Source: Octopus vulgaris (lineage: Eukaryota). Taken from it: DNA of 64,000 nt. The DNA lies in NCBI GenBank assembly GCA_951406725.2, contig OX597832.1:37696001-37760000 (forward strand), given 5' to 3'. A program made the translations under genes and the position numbers. Below, piece by piece: positions 1 through 15,384 of the stretch (position 1 is its first letter; each line of letters starts with the position of its first letter). Under the pieces are notes generated by a model. The model saw nothing but the letters and a program-made list of their open reading frames with translations. It was not told the DNA's origin and ran no database searches.

Positions 1-275
1 CGAATTTCTCACCAGAAATCAGTCTGGTGACAGCAGCATTAATTGGAATGTTGAAATACGCACACACATTCGTGCCCACATTAACGTATTAACATACATT
101 CACGAATATACACATACACACACACTCTCACTCGCTTAAGCTTATACACACAAAAGCACACTCACACATGCAAATTTGATGTTAAAACCGCTAATGAAGC
201 TTAATATACGTGTAAATTCACTCTTTCAGTTGCCCTTTTTCTCGCACAAACATCCATACATACATGTATATATAT

Positions 276-350
<75 letters not shown>

Positions 351-537
351 TTAAGGGTAGAAATCAATATTTATCAATTAAAACCAGTGGTCTAGCATAT
401 TAAAAAGAATCCGAAGATTAAAATATTTATATATACCAATTGAGGACTGAACACGAAAAGTGGACAGTCAACATGCTAGATATAGACGTCAAATCGTCAT
501 TCTCCACAAAAGATTATATATATATATATATATATAT

Positions 538-620
538 AAATGTATTTCTATTCCTGAGCGTTATACTAATACATCTGTTTGTTTTGTACACCACCTGTCT
601 TCGTTTTCGTAAACTTTCCC
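538..620 (+). mobile_element. Fragment of PLE-terminus-like repeat family P1, inverted relative to the copy at 930-1082
   Basis: ttcctgagcgttatactaatacatctgtttgtt...ccacctgtcttcgt...ttcgtaaact is the reverse complement of ~931-1010; (TA)n on both sides. Confidence 0.7.
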
Positions 621-929
621 TATATATATATATATATATACATACGTGTGTACACACACACACACACACATCGGCACGCATACAAGAGCATAAGAAGAAC
701 GCTGGTGATCGATTTCTCAAGATGTAGGTTAGTCGGTACAAATCTTTCGCTCAGTAAATTGTAGTCTGCTTATTTGGGCTCCGTTTCTCATCGATTCCTC
801 CATACATTGTGCACCCTTCGCCAAGTGTTGCTTCTCGATCCAGAAAGGTATCTTTCTTACATACTCTTCATCTGTGTATGTATGCATGTATGTATATATG
901 TGTGTGCGTGCGTACGTAATATATATATA

Positions 930-1082
930 AAGTTTACGAAAATAAACAAAAGACGAAGGCAGGTGGTATACAAACAAACAGATGTATTAGTATTGCGCTC
1001 AGTAATAGAAAAAGTATTTTACGTTTCGAGCCTACGCTCTTCCACAGAAAGATACACAGAAAAAAACAAGGAGAGAAACAAG
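930..1082 (-). mobile_element. PLE-terminus-like repeat P1 with variant minimal hammerhead motif (1015-1052)
   Basis: Minus strand tcttt-CTGTGGA-a-gagc(gtag)gctc-GAAAC-GTA-aaata; near-identical to 20475-20615; (TA)n flanks. Confidence 0.7.
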
Positions 1083-1124
1083 ATATATATATATATATAT
1101 ATACATGTCTATGTGTGTTTGTGC

Positions 1125-1125
<1 letters not shown>

Positions 1126-1185
<60 letters not shown>

Positions 1186-1237
1186 CCTACCTATCTATCT
1201 ATCGACCTACCTATCTAACTGTCTGTCTGTCTGTCTA

Positions 1238-1276
<39 letters not shown>

Positions 1277-1277
1277 G

Positions 1278-1329
<52 letters not shown>

Positions 1330-1355
1330 CCCACCTACATACCTACCTACCTATC
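1126..1355. repeat. (TATC/TGTC/TACC)n compound microsatellite
   Basis: Direct reading. Confidence 0.95.
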
Positions 1356-1489
1356 TGCACTCAGCTTGTTTGGGGATATGATTCAACAAATGAATTTATG
1401 AGCGAGCTTAAAATGTTTTCAGACAGTGATCAAGTGTAAATTAATTCGCTCTATGAAAATATTGTATAGTGGTGCTGTTGACAGTGGAT

Positions 1490-1790
1490 CTCCGTCGTTT
1501 ACGACGTGGCTTCATTTGTTCGGACTACTGAATTACCTCCTCCTGAATTAACGTGTGAATAGCTGAATTTACCAGTATCACCCAGATACACCGTGTTTGA
1601 CAAGCAGTGTTCTTTATATTTTAGTTACAATGCACCCGAAAAGTTTCAATGTAGTTTTCATATAATTTCGCCCACAAGGTATGGGCGGACCTGTGACGAG
1701 ACGAAATGGCATCCACTCAAGATGCCACACTGTAGGATCGAACACGGGTCCTCCGTATTGAGAAGCAAACTTCTTTAATATTCGGCCATA
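1490..1790 (-). mobile_element. Degenerate tRNA-derived SINE
   Basis: Minus-strand head tggccgaatatt...gtgttcgatcct (A/B box-like); the 1490-1570 part resembles the body of the SINE at 35590-35765. Confidence 0.5.
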
Positions 1791-1920
1791 CTGTGCATCG
1801 TTTAGAGACTCTACCTATACATAAATATACGCATAAATATACACTGACACGCAACCACACACATAGTACATACACACATACAAAATACGCACACACACTT
1901 AGTGGCGGTGGTGGTGGTAT

Positions 1921-1960
1921 TAGTAGTAGTAGTAGTAGTAGTAGTAAAAGATAAAGAAGA

Positions 1961-2018
<58 letters not shown>

Positions 2019-2019
2019 A

Positions 2020-2053
<34 letters not shown>

Positions 2054-2054
2054 T

Positions 2055-2094
<40 letters not shown>

Positions 2095-2121
2095 GAGGAG
2101 GAGGAGGAGGAGGAGGAGGAG
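1921..2121. repeat. (TAG)n followed by (GGA)n microsatellite
   Basis: Direct reading. Confidence 0.95.
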
Positions 2122-2903
2122 GTCATATGGATCCAGCATATAACAGGTAGTGGTATTGTCAACGTGGATGGATGGAAGATAAACGCTGACCTATTTTATT
2201 TCACCGAAGATTTTTTGTCTCATGGATTCTCTTGTATCTCATTCGAAGTAAAACAGAAAGAAAAAAGGAAGAAAAAAATGAAAAAAAAAAAAGAACAAGA
2301 AATTGCGTTCTGGATTTTCTTTTAAATGTAGTTAAAAATATTTAAAATAAAAGTAGGTAAGAGGGGAAAACAGAATGGTTGTTTTTTTTTTTTGTTTTTT
2401 TATTAGACACTGAGAAGGAAAACATTGCAAGTAAGAAGTTTCACCAGAGGGCGTGGCCAGTGTCTTTTTCATCCATGGAATCAACGAGTACCGACCGCGG
2501 AGTAGAAGTTTGTACATGTAGTGTAAGAGCCAACAGAGATGAAGTGTATCTTTCGATTTTCTAGAGTCTGAAAATCTGCATAAACTTTCCAACACAAAAG
2601 ATATTTGTTTGTTTGTGTATTTATTTATTTATTTATTTTATTTATTTATTTATATGTTTGTTTGTTTATGTATTTATTTATTCATTTATTTTTGGCAGTG
2701 GTTGTGTAATTGTATGTTCTGTGATGATAAACTTGAAGAATTTGGAAACCACGTAAGTAAATCAAGTTTGTGTATCAGATATATGATATCAGTTGCTAAT
2801 TTGGTGAAAAAAATCTCTCGTTGCTGAGGAATCTGTTCACCTTACTAGTGAATAAATTAGTATACGATGAGCTTAACATGGATGGTTAAGTTTATTACAC
2901 ATT

Positions 2904-3762
2904 CACCGACCATCACGTGATGTTCTATCATCAGAACCAGAATCTTGAGCCAATGTTAAATCAAACTGAGATGAACTGTGGTTCGAAGCTGCTACTAATT
3001 CCCAATACATGGATGAAATGATTAATGAGGTGTGGGACTTGAGGCGTGAATCTTGACCAAATTTTTTCTGGTTGTAGTCCTGACAGTGAGGTAGACTTAT
3101 TGGTGGACACTGGTCTGAGACTGAGCTAGATTGATATGTTACACATTCCTGACAGTTAGGTGGACTGATTGGTGGATTGTGTGATCAGGGATTGAACCTA
3201 TGATAGCTATTCATGACAGCTGGGTGAACTGATTGGTGTTCTATGATCTTCGGTTGAATCACGTTCATTTGACTTCGTAGTGAACTGGTTGGTAGACAGC
3301 AATTTGAGACTGAGCCACAGTGACCTTGAACATATTCTTGACAGCGTGGTAAACTGAGGGGTTGGCTGTGTAGACCGAGGCTGATCTACATTATTAACTA
3401 TTTTCAGAATAGAATGGTTTGCTCCAAAACTGTCATAAACTGCCAGCCGCGAATTTGAACTCATTAATCTGTGAGTTGGTTGTGCAATGTTTTGATCAAC
3501 ACTCGGTTTTTATTGCGAGATGTATAACAATAATGGTATTTGCCAACGGACGAAGCAAATATTCCGGGGGTGCAAAAAATCGAGTCAGATTCATCGGTGA
3601 TGCGTTACGATAACCCAGGACGCCTCAGTCTTCCTAGCTGTAACGAGGCAGAGTTGGAAAACACTGTTCATAATTCGATGCTGAATAACTGATGTGCACC
3701 AGGTTCAAATCCTTCCATGTACTCCCGGAGAGCAGAAGAATACCAGCCAGCAATATTATTAT
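2904..3762 (-). pseudogene. Decayed coding-like exon with a P[IL]S[LPS]PxCQE peptide repeat
   Basis: Minus-strand acceptor ttttttttctttctcttttggtacatcttAG at ~3763; five ~60-69 bp units translate to PLSLPRCQE, PTSSLRSQ, PISSPSCHE, PISPPNCQE, PISLPHCQD with frameshifts/stops between some units; frame 3184-2904 is open. Confidence 0.45.
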
Positions 3763-3921
3763 CTAAGATGTACCAAAAGAGAAAGAAAAAAAAATAGTAA
3801 GATCGATTGCTCGATATAGATATATTGATTTAAACACACACACATGCACACACATGCATACATATATACACATACTCACTCACGCACACATATAAATAGG
3901 TAGTCAGAAAGGTATGTGTGC

Positions 3922-3970
<49 letters not shown>

Positions 3971-4169
3971 GAGAGAGGGAGAGAGAGAGAGGGGGAAGGA
4001 GAGAGATGTTGATTGATAGATGTAGCTTGGTATATAGTGAGAAAGGTGTGCGTGCGCATGTGTATACATACGTTCATATAAATACGTGAGTGTGTGTGTG
4101 TGTGATTGTATATATATACATATATATATATACATACACATATATTAGATAGATAGATAAACAGATAGT

Positions 4170-4255
<86 letters not shown>

Positions 4256-4259
4256 TATG

Positions 4260-4323
<64 letters not shown>

Positions 4324-5737
4324 TATGGATAGACAGATAGATAGAATCGGTGTTCTAACAATGGGTCCTCAGTAGGATAGAAGGACAATCAATCATATGA
4401 AACAGTGTTTATTGTATATTTCTATCTGTTCTTAATTACAGCATCTCTTTAATTTATTATTTAATTGTAAATCAATCAATCACATGTTATTGACCTCTTC
4501 AAACAATTGTGACAAATAGAATAGAGTAGAACAATCATTTGAACACTTCCACAAACGATATATTTGGTAATTGATGTTGTGGTGCTTATGCATTTCCTGA
4601 TGGCATTAGTCGTGTAAGTGAAAAAAAGACTGAATTAACTTGAAACTGAAAACGATTAAACTTAGTGGCGCGCTCGACTGAACACGAGCATTATCGATTT
4701 CTTAATGACACCGAAGGATTTTTGGAGAAAAGATGTAAAGTAGATATCTGGTTATTGGTTCACCTGGAAGAAGGTCTTTGTGGTTCTCTGATTAAGTTGA
4801 ACCCTGGCTATTACTGAGACATATGTCAGCTTCTACCTGTGCTGACAAGAAACCAATGAGCGAGCTTCTGTGGGATAACAAGATCAACTGGTTATAGCAA
4901 TTAAATCGCCATTAAACTATACACCTTGCTGTCTTTAAAATCACATTGGATTGTGCAGTCCATGGTAGACTGTTACTGGAAAGAAAAGATCGGAAGCTAA
5001 TGAACTGAATGTCTCTGTATCATAAGCCTGCTCAATCAAGGCTGACCCGAGACCGAGCAACTACAGGTTCTCCGGACTCTTTAGTACACTCCTGTAAAAG
5101 GTCCGGGAATATGCGGTGGTTGAGACAATATCGCTTTCATATTCAGTCAAATTATAGAACCAGTGAACTATATTTGAAGGAATCTGACTCTAATTGTTCT
5201 TTGGCTATTCGCTTTCTTAAAACAAAAATTAATTATCTGTTAAAATATTGTAGCACATGTGTTACATTTATCTCCGCAAACACAGTTTATGAACGAGACA
5301 CCGATCCAACGAGAGATCCTCTTTGTCATTACACCACCTTCTAGAAATAGAAGCTGTAGTAGCCAAATCACACCCTACCGCCTTAGAATGAGAACGCATT
5401 CGATAAAATCGCCGGAGATAAACTCAAAACGAAATGCCTTCCCAATGAAAAATGACTGGGCGTTAAACAACAGCAATGATAGCAGTTGCAGTAGCATGAA
5501 CAAACGGTGGTCAATAACGACTATAATTATTACAAATAACCAAGAGAAGGACATGGTTGTGATTTTTAAAGTTCTTATTTCACTTCAATTCATTCCACTT
5601 ACATAATTCATTTTACTAATACTTCTGGAAAATGCTATGAACAACACAACATCAATATTCCGTCGATATATATGACGCTGATTTGGAAAAGAGTCAAGAA
5701 GAAAACAAATAATAAAACACAGACGTATAATATGTCC

Positions 5738-5810
<73 letters not shown>

Positions 5811-6229
5811 TCTCTCTCTCTTTATTTGCCCTCTTGAAACAGAGCTTTTGCTCGAAACATTGATAATCTTCCTCTTCCGCACAGCAAAAACGTTAATATT
5901 ACATTTATTTTTATTACTTTTCCATCTAAAATAAAATAGATTCAACGTCACGTGAGGTGTATGTAGGAAATAATTAGGTTGTAAGTTTTGTTTATTGACT
6001 ATTGACGATTTGAAAATGTTGTAATCGATATAATGCACCTCTATCATAGTTCATACCATTCCACAGTAAGCAGAACATTAACTAGCTTTGTCTAGACTTA
6101 TTTTCATCACTATTAATTTATGAAGTCGTCTCTACACTGAAGATACTAATGACTTACGCATAACCTATGTTTTACCTTTATATTATTATTAAATAGCTGA
6201 TATTATTTACAACCACGGGTCAGTTTTAA

Positions 6230-7040
6230 TGCAGTAGACTTATGATCAAAGCAATCCAAATATGGCTATCCCATCTTCTATGGCTAGGAAAACAATTGCC
6301 CAATACACTCCGTTTTATAATATGCTAAGGTGTACTTTAGGAAAATTTGATTGCTATTTCTAGCGGATCAGACGACTGCATAGAGGTTTCCATGCAGGCA
6401 ATGATTAAATAGCTATTAAATTACTGTTATGTAGCTTATCTCCTTGTCAGCTCTAATCCAGTGATTCAACTTGTTTTTTATTTTCAAATGTAACGAATTT
6501 AGGACTACATAACCAATATTGCAATCCTCTTCTTACGATTGTTGTGTGTGAGTTAAGTGAGATTTGGTTGCTATTTCTAACCGGCTGAAGAACCGCGCTA
6601 TTAAATATTAAATATTAAGTAGAAATTTTCATAGAGGAGCGTGGGTGCAGAATTGATGAAGGTTTTAAATAAATGCCTTTTTTTATTTCATTAAACCCTG
6701 TACGTTCCATGTTCAAATCTTATTTAATATTCCTTCCCGCCTATTCTGTTTAATAAAATAACAAACATCAATGCTAATGGGGATTTAATCGACCGTCACC
6801 TCCAACAAGAGTATGGCATGGAGCCAATACTAGAAACCGTTATTAAATTATTGTTGTTTAGCTCCAGGTCAACGTCCTATCTAGTAGACCTATGGCCATA
6901 GTTAAACTAATCGTCACCATCCCATCTTCTTGGATGTATTTAAAAATATATTATGTATTGCATCTTTCGCCCTTTCTTGAGACGCATGCTTTGTGAGAGA
7001 GATTTGTTTACTCTTTCTTGTAGGCAAATTTTAACTACCT
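6230..7040 (+). repeat. Cluster of degenerate copies of an abundant dispersed repeat (gatttggytgctatttctagc motif)
   Basis: Motif recurs at ~6345, ~6560 and ~7000; related copies at ~38348 and ~46810 (+) and ~4890, ~27150, ~27970, ~50825 (-). Confidence 0.55.
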
Positions 7041-8089
7041 TGTAGAAAAGACTCATTCATTGTTTAGTTGTTAAACAGAAGTAGTAGAATGACAGACTTG
7101 ATAGAGAGAGGTAAGCTACGCTACATCTCGACATTTTTGTAAAAATCTCACTAGGGCTCAGTTTACCTTTCATCTTTTGTAAGTCGAGAGATTAAAATAC
7201 CAGTCATGTACTGGGTCTATTAAATTGAGTGCTCCAATCACCCCCTTCTGCATCTATTTCTATTCCTTAAATATGTGTGGCCTTATATTTAAGTTAAAAA
7301 GCATTATTAAACCCTATAAAAGGTTCTAGTGAAATGGCAGAATCGGTAGGGCAACAGATAAAATAATTTAGTGCATCCAGTTACACGAGTTCAAATACCA
7401 CTTGAATTGACAATGTATTTCGCCCTTCGAGGATTGATAAAATATGATAACAGTCCATTGATTGCTTAAGGTGGTCATTTATTGTGTAAACAGCCATTTT
7501 GTGCCAGTCAGAATCTTATTATGTTGCACAAGAAAGCTAGGTACCACCCGTAGAATTTTATGCCTTTCTGGGTGGTGCGATAGATAAAGTTGTTGTAGGG
7601 GTTAAACTTCAACTGTGTGCGTGTGTGTATGTTTGCGCAGATGCGTGACTGACTTTGTGTTTGCATATATACATATACATACATACATATATATCTGCTC
7701 TTGTTTGACGTCCCGTTTATCTGGAGAGCTGTAAGTGAACAGAGAGTAGGACAGCCATTTTGACGAGACTAATATAGTTGATATCATGCGGTAGAATTGC
7801 TGTTTGGATGGGAATTATAAAATGAGTTTATAACCAAAGACATAACAATGAATAACACACTCGCGCGTGAACACACACACAAAGCACCACCACCAGCAAC
7901 AACAACAACAACAAGATACATGCCTTATATAAAGCCGCTAATTCACTTAATGACTCTCATGCTTACACGCTCATACAATATTATCATCTATAAATATGTT
8001 CACAAGCAAATTCTCAAGCAATAAACGTTTATCACATACGCACTAGTATCGAAATACACCCACACGTACACACGCTTACATTTATACAC

Positions 8090-8320
<231 letters not shown>

Positions 8321-8512
8321 TATGTGTGTGTGTGTGTGTGCGCGCGTGTGTGCATGACTTTGTGTTTGTGCGTATATGAATGTAGGATTATATAGTCTCA
8401 AAATGTAATGTATATTAATATCAATATAAATTTTATATATGCATAAATATAAATTATTCATACCAATATATCACCGTTTATACGCGTGAGCGTCTATTTA
8501 TCTACCTATCTA

Positions 8513-8558
<46 letters not shown>

Positions 8559-9038
8559 AGCATTTACGCATACATGTACCTACGTCTATATGTAAATATG
8601 TATGTATATACACAGATAAATACATTTGCATGCATGTACATACATCGGATTATACGCACAGACATACACATACACTATGCATGTATTATGTACACATGCA
8701 CGTACGCTGGTGCTGTTATATACGTATGTAAAGCCATATATTTAAAACGAGGCACTTAACGGTGTTATCGGGAAATGGCTAGATAGAAATTAGCCTAATG
8801 ATAAATGAAGCTAGCTGTTCGCTTCTGAAAACATATTAAATATATTAATAAATCGCATTTATCATAGATCCGCTTTGGAAAATCCAATAATAATGGGGAA
8901 TTGATAAATCTTTACACACTCACAGACAATAGAAATATTATACGAATGCTATACACTCGTGTACACTCACATATTTGAATAACGTGTGTAGGATATTTAT
9001 ATCTATGTGTACATACATACATATACTTATACATATAC

Positions 9039-9070
<32 letters not shown>

Positions 9071-9411
9071 GTGTGTGTATATATATATATATATATGTGT
9101 GTGTGTATATATATGTATATACACGCACACACATACACATACACATGCATACATACATATATACACATACACATGCATAGATTCATACTTAAATGCATAT
9201 ATATGTTGTACATTATAGTTATATGAATCTACAAATGTTTATATGTATATATATATGTGTGTGTATGTGTGTGTGTGTGCTAATGATAATATAACTGTAC
9301 ATATCACGTTTCTATAAATACATACATACACACGCACATTTGCATTTGTGTGTGTATGTATATATGTTATACATACTATACATATACGTACACATATATG
9401 TATATGTATAC

Positions 9412-9446
<35 letters not shown>

Positions 9447-9927
9447 TGTATGTATGTATGTATGTATGTAAGTATGTACGTACGTACGTATGTATGTATG
9501 TATGTATGTATGTATGTGTGTATGTATGTATGTATGTACGTATGTATGTGTGTATATCGTATGCGTATGTGTATGAGTGTGTCACTGTGCTTTTCTGAGT
9601 GTTTCTATGAATGGTTTCCAATATGTCTGTCAAGATTACCATAGGGTAAGATCAACGCCTGTATTGAGTGCTACACATGGGATATGAAGAAGCGGATTAC
9701 TCACTGAGGGAATGGCAATCGACAGTCTCTTTATTTATTATTAGTATTATCTGTTTTTTAACGAGTACTTCCTCTCCCTAGCTAGTTTATGTTTATGTGT
9801 ATGTTCGTATGTGTCTGTGTGTGCGTGTGTACACATACTTATATGTATATATGAATATATATACAGGTATGTATGTATGTATGTATGTATGTATGTATGT
9901 ATGTATGTATGTATGAACGTATGTATG

Positions 9928-9991
<64 letters not shown>

Positions 9992-9999
9992 AGACCGCT

Positions 10000-10255
10000 G
10001 GTCTTATTTTTTGTAAGCCTACTACTTATTTTATCGATCTCTTTGGCTGAACCGCTAAATTACGGGGACGTAAACACACCAACATCGGTTGTCAGTCGAT
10101 GGTGGGTGGATGGGAGAAACACAGACACAAAGACACAAAGACACACACATGTATCTGTATAGGACAGGCTTCTTTCAGTTTCCACCTACCAAATTCACTC
10201 ACAAGGCTTTGGTCTTTCTAAAGGCTATAGTAGAAGACACTCGCCTAAGGTGCCA
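10000..10255 (-). mobile_element. SINE family A, 5'-truncated (CORE-like head part, microsatellite, tail)
   Basis: ggcttctttcagtttcc...tagaagacactcgcctaaggtgcca matches the reverse complement of 44753-44915. Confidence 0.85.
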
Positions 10256-10321
10256 TAAATTATAATGCTTATATAAGTTATATTCATTTATTATATTAAG
10301 TATTCAGACATTCCTTTTCTG

Positions 10322-10366
10322 CATTTCTTGATGAACCAGAAATATTCGAAACTCCGAGTAGTAATG
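10322..10366 (+). ncRNA. Degenerate type I hammerhead motif
   Basis: catttc-TTGATGA-accagaaatattc-GAAAC-tccga-GTA-gtaatg; stems I and III can pair, stem II is decayed. Confidence 0.4.
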
Positions 10367-10432
10367 ATCCCTATAGAATTTCAGTTAATAAATAAAATAC
10401 ATAGCCTTTTATAATAACCAAATATTGTTTTC

Positions 10433-10946
10433 ACAATTTGCCAGAAGGCCAGCAAATTCGGGCGAGGGAATGAGTCGATTACACCGACCGTAGAGTTCAA
10501 CTGGTACTTATTTTATCGACCTCAAAAGGATAGAGTGGAAAGTTACCCTCGGCAGAATTTGAACCCAGAACGTAAAGGCGGACTAAATAGTGCTAAGTAT
10601 TTTGCCCGGCGTGCTAACGGTTCTTATTCTTTTTATTTAATCGACCCCGAAAGGATGAAAGGCAAAGTCGACCACGGCGGAGTTTGAACTCAGAACGTAA
10701 CGCAGACAAAATACCTATTTCTTTACTACCCACAAGGGGCTAAACACAGAGAGGACAAACAAGGACAGACAAACGGATTAAGTCGATTGTCTCGACCCCA
10801 GTGCGTAACTGGTACTTATTTAATCGACCCCGAAAGGATGAAAGGCAAAGTCGACCTCGGCGGAATTTGAACTCAGAACGTAACGGCAGACGAAATACCG
10901 CTCAGCATTTCGCCCGGAGTGCTAACGTTTCTGCCAGCTCGCCGCC
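10433..10946 (-). mobile_element. SINE family B: one full copy (10711-10946) plus two tandem partial copies
   Basis: Minus head ggcggcgagctggcagaaacgttagc...gagttcaaattcc (A/B boxes); body atcgacc..aaaggat appears three times. Confidence 0.9.
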
Positions 10947-11126
10947 TTATAATGACCAAATACTGAATCCCCATTGCTTCAAGTTTGATTTATTTTTGTA
11001 TTTGTGTGTTTGTGTGTGTGCGCCTTTGTTTTAGGTTATGTATACTTCAAACACAAAATTGTACTTCCGAATGTACAGCTTTTGGAATAGCCAAACCATA
11101 CACACGAACATCCACACACGCGCACT

Positions 11127-11157
<31 letters not shown>

Positions 11158-13102
11158 GTATACTTTTCGATTGGTTCTTGCTTAGGCTGTCAATGTCATC
11201 AGATTACCAATTCTAGTGCTTAACACGAACTGTACAAGTTATTCATAAGAAATGACTTCGCAGTGAAATATTTAAATATTCGCTGAGACATCAGGTGTTT
11301 CAGAGTTCAAATCTAATATGCAGCAAGTTGGGAAAAGGTTTTTTTTTTATTTTTAATCATAACCTCGTAGCCTTGGACCCAAACGTTGTAACGATAATTG
11401 GATAGACGGAAGGTGAGCTGGATCTTTCCAGATGAATTGTAATCGCTTTTGATTAGACTTAATCCGACGGCCATATCTTGTTCCACGACTTTCTATTGAC
11501 GCAATCCGTGAGTCGCAGTTTCTTCCTGTCTTCTTCCTTTAGACACTCTTGTAGGTGTGGGGTGGGGGAAAGCATCAGCCTATGTATGTATGTATGTATG
11601 TATGTATGTATGTATGTATGTATGTATGCATGTATATATCTATCTATCTATCTATCTATCTATCTACTTAACTGTTAACTTATCTTCAAATCTTTACTTT
11701 TCTACCCACCTCTCTACTTATTTATCCATCTAACAATATATATCTTTGTGTGTGTGTGTGTGTATGTGAATGTGTGTGTGTATTCATACATATAAATATA
11801 TGTACTATATATATATCTATATATATATATATATGCATATACATACATGCATACGCGCACATATATTTATAGCTACATGCATCTATGTACGCACAAATAT
11901 ATGTATTATCACATTCACCCACTTGAACAGACAGACAGACACACACACACACACACGCACACACAAACAAACAAACAAAAACAGGTCCGTTTATCTGTCT
12001 ATTGATCGATGTACTCCGTTACAGTCGCACAAACATATTTCTCCACCCTTGAAAGAGAAAATTTATCTCAGATTTCTGATATCATATTCTGGCATGAGAT
12101 TATATCTCGGGATTTCAAATGACTTATAACATTCGCTATATGCATAATAAATATCCCAGATAACACAATAAATAATACATAATGGCAAACAAATACCAGA
12201 CGAAGGAATACGTTTGCAATAAGTCGATATATATATACATGGATCTGTGATCAATAATATAAGTTGTGGATATATGCATGCGTTAGAAAACAATATTGTA
12301 TATTAGGGACATTTTAGAACACGAAATCGGGGCCCAGTGGATCATACAAATTGTATGTATATATATATATATGAACAGCAATATGGTAGTAGCGTTGAAC
12401 TCGAAACATCCCTGTAAACAACCGGAATTCACCAAAATAACAACTATTTTCAAGATATGCATCTGATCACCTTTAACACGACTGGAGCGTTATTATCGCC
12501 ATTTTTCTCTCACTAGAAATATATGCATATATACACCTACTCTCCGCCCATCTCTTTCTATCTAATATGTGTGTGTATGTGTATATATGTGTGCAGATTA
12601 TATATGGAGCTATCAGTGAATGGCATCTGGAAGAGGTGTTCGTTATCGTATTGTGTAAGATAAACGCCGAAATTTGGCACATTTATGTACGCGTTGGTAT
12701 TCGCTCATTTACTGAATCACATTTACGGAGAGTGTATGTGACGGAGATAAGAGGAAAGGTACAGGGAGAGAGAGAGAGAGAGGAAGAGAGAGAGAGTTAT
12801 ATAGAAAGAGAGCAGAGAGAAAGGTAGAGAAGCTCATACACATCCAGTGAAACGCACGTACATACAAACACACACACACACATCTATGAATGAATAAATG
12901 AATGGATGTGCTTGTGTGAAAACATCCGCTTATATATGTGTATGAGTGTGCGTTGTGTTGTGTGTCGCCATCTTTCAAAATCAACCCGGGAAGGTTGATT
13001 CCAAGACTGAGCTGAAGTCTTTGCCAGAGTGGTGTTGTTTGAACCTTGCTTGTAGCCGATCTGATATTGCGTGTTAATGTGTGCGTGTGAAAGAGTATGT
13101 CC

Positions 13103-13132
<30 letters not shown>

Positions 13133-13133
<1 letters not shown>

Positions 13134-13310
13134 ACCTTCGAAACACGCTGGAGTTGAACTAGGGACAGCTGACGAAGGGGATTTTTCCTTGTGTAGTTTG
13201 TCTTGTACTCTGTTTTTTTCGTTTAGGTCCGTTTCCACGTTTGTTTTTACGTTTTCGTTTCTCGTTGAGTTCTACGTCTATTTGTGGTGTCCTGTACTCA
13301 CGTATATATA
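13133..13310 (+). mobile_element. PLE-terminus-like fragment P2 with GAAAC...CTGACGA in permuted order
   Basis: ccttc-GAAAC-acgctgga-GTT-gaactagggacag-CTGACGA-agggg; begins directly at a (TA)n tract. Confidence 0.45.
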
Positions 13311-13420
13311 TTCATATATGCATGTATATATACATGTAGATGTAGGTACGTACATATATGTATGTATGTATGCATATATTTTATTTATTACACTAGTATA
13401 TATATATATATATGTACTTG

Positions 13421-13754
<334 letters not shown>

Positions 13755-14086
13755 AGTTGTGTAGATTTCATAGGATTATATGAAATCTACGCAACTGACA
13801 TGTGTTGCTTTTAGTTTCAGTGAGGACCAAGGTGGGACCATTGCTGCCGTGCAGTGGTTTTCATATCTTCCAGTAATGACAAACTTTGAAACCAGGCATT
13901 CGTAGATCAACATGTTTAGATACTAAGCTAAGTCTTCCTTTCCGTTGCAACATTAGAATTTCTTAGTCTTTTGACGTTTCTTCTTTCACGTCAGGGGACC
14001 GCCATTGACAGAGCAGTGTTGGAACAGCGACTCACTAAAATACTCGTTTCGAAAAATACATGGACACCCTTACACTAGCACCTAGG

Positions 14087-14142
<56 letters not shown>

Positions 14143-15047
14143 CACACACACACAAACATACACACAAACATACACTCTCACACACATTCTAACACACACA
14201 CACTCAGACACACAAAGCCTCACACACACACAACACACATACACACTCACACACACACAACACACACACACACACTCACACACACTCTCACACACACACA
14301 CTCAGACACACACACACTCACATACACGTACACGCACACATACACACACACAAATACACATGTATGTATGTTTGTTTATATGTTTACAGAGAGAAGACAA
14401 AAGCCACCCAAATAAACGATACAAACTTGAAGAGTGGCGCGTGTGTCTGGTTGTCATTGGAGCAGATAAGCTGTTTATGTTATGAGAAAACAAAATACGA
14501 CTGTTGACTGATTTTCTGAAGCGGCGCTATAAAAGTATTTGGCGCTACAGTGGTTTCTATTTGACAAAACTGACATTCAAAGCCACACACGACAAAAGAC
14601 CGTTGATTCGCCGTTCAATATTTGGCGCCTTCACATCACTACGATTGGAATCCGCATTTGTTAATATTTCAATAAAGAATTTTATACGCTTGGAATTATG
14701 TCAAATTGGTGAGAAATAACTGCGTTTTAAATAACTTCACTACACGCAAAGTCACACGAATGTATGCGTGTGCATATGTATGTGTGAATATGTGTATAAA
14801 TATATGTGTTTGCGTGTGTACATGTGTGTGTGTGTGTGTGAGTACACGTGCGTGTGTGTACATGTGTGTGTGTGTGTGAGTACACGTGCATGTGTACATA
14901 CACATTTACATATACAAATAGATATAGGTATATCTATATTTATACATAAACACCTACATATATGCGTACATACATACATATCTCCATAAATACATACAGA
15001 TATATACATATATGTATGTATCGATAGATAGATAGATAGACAGAGAA

Positions 15048-15087
<40 letters not shown>

Positions 15088-15137
15088 AGATATGTGTATG
15101 TATGTATATATGTATGCTCGTACAAATATATACACAC

Positions 15138-15179
<42 letters not shown>

Positions 15180-15336
15180 TGGTGTGTGTGTGTTTACTGC
15201 AAACAGTATAAACAGAACTTAAAACAAGAATATATATATTTTTTATTTTTATTCGCCGGAAGTTACAAATTGACTCAGGGGACAATATTTGAGTATATAT
15301 ATATATATATACATACATATATATATATATATACAC

Positions 15337-15370
<34 letters not shown>

Positions 15371-15384
15371 ATGTGTGTGTGTGC

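Noticed and set aside
3079-3365. CRISPR-like repeat-spacer array
   Set aside because: Repeats are highly diverged, the 'spacers' are related to each other, the context is eukaryotic and no cas genes are present; a coding repeat explains it better
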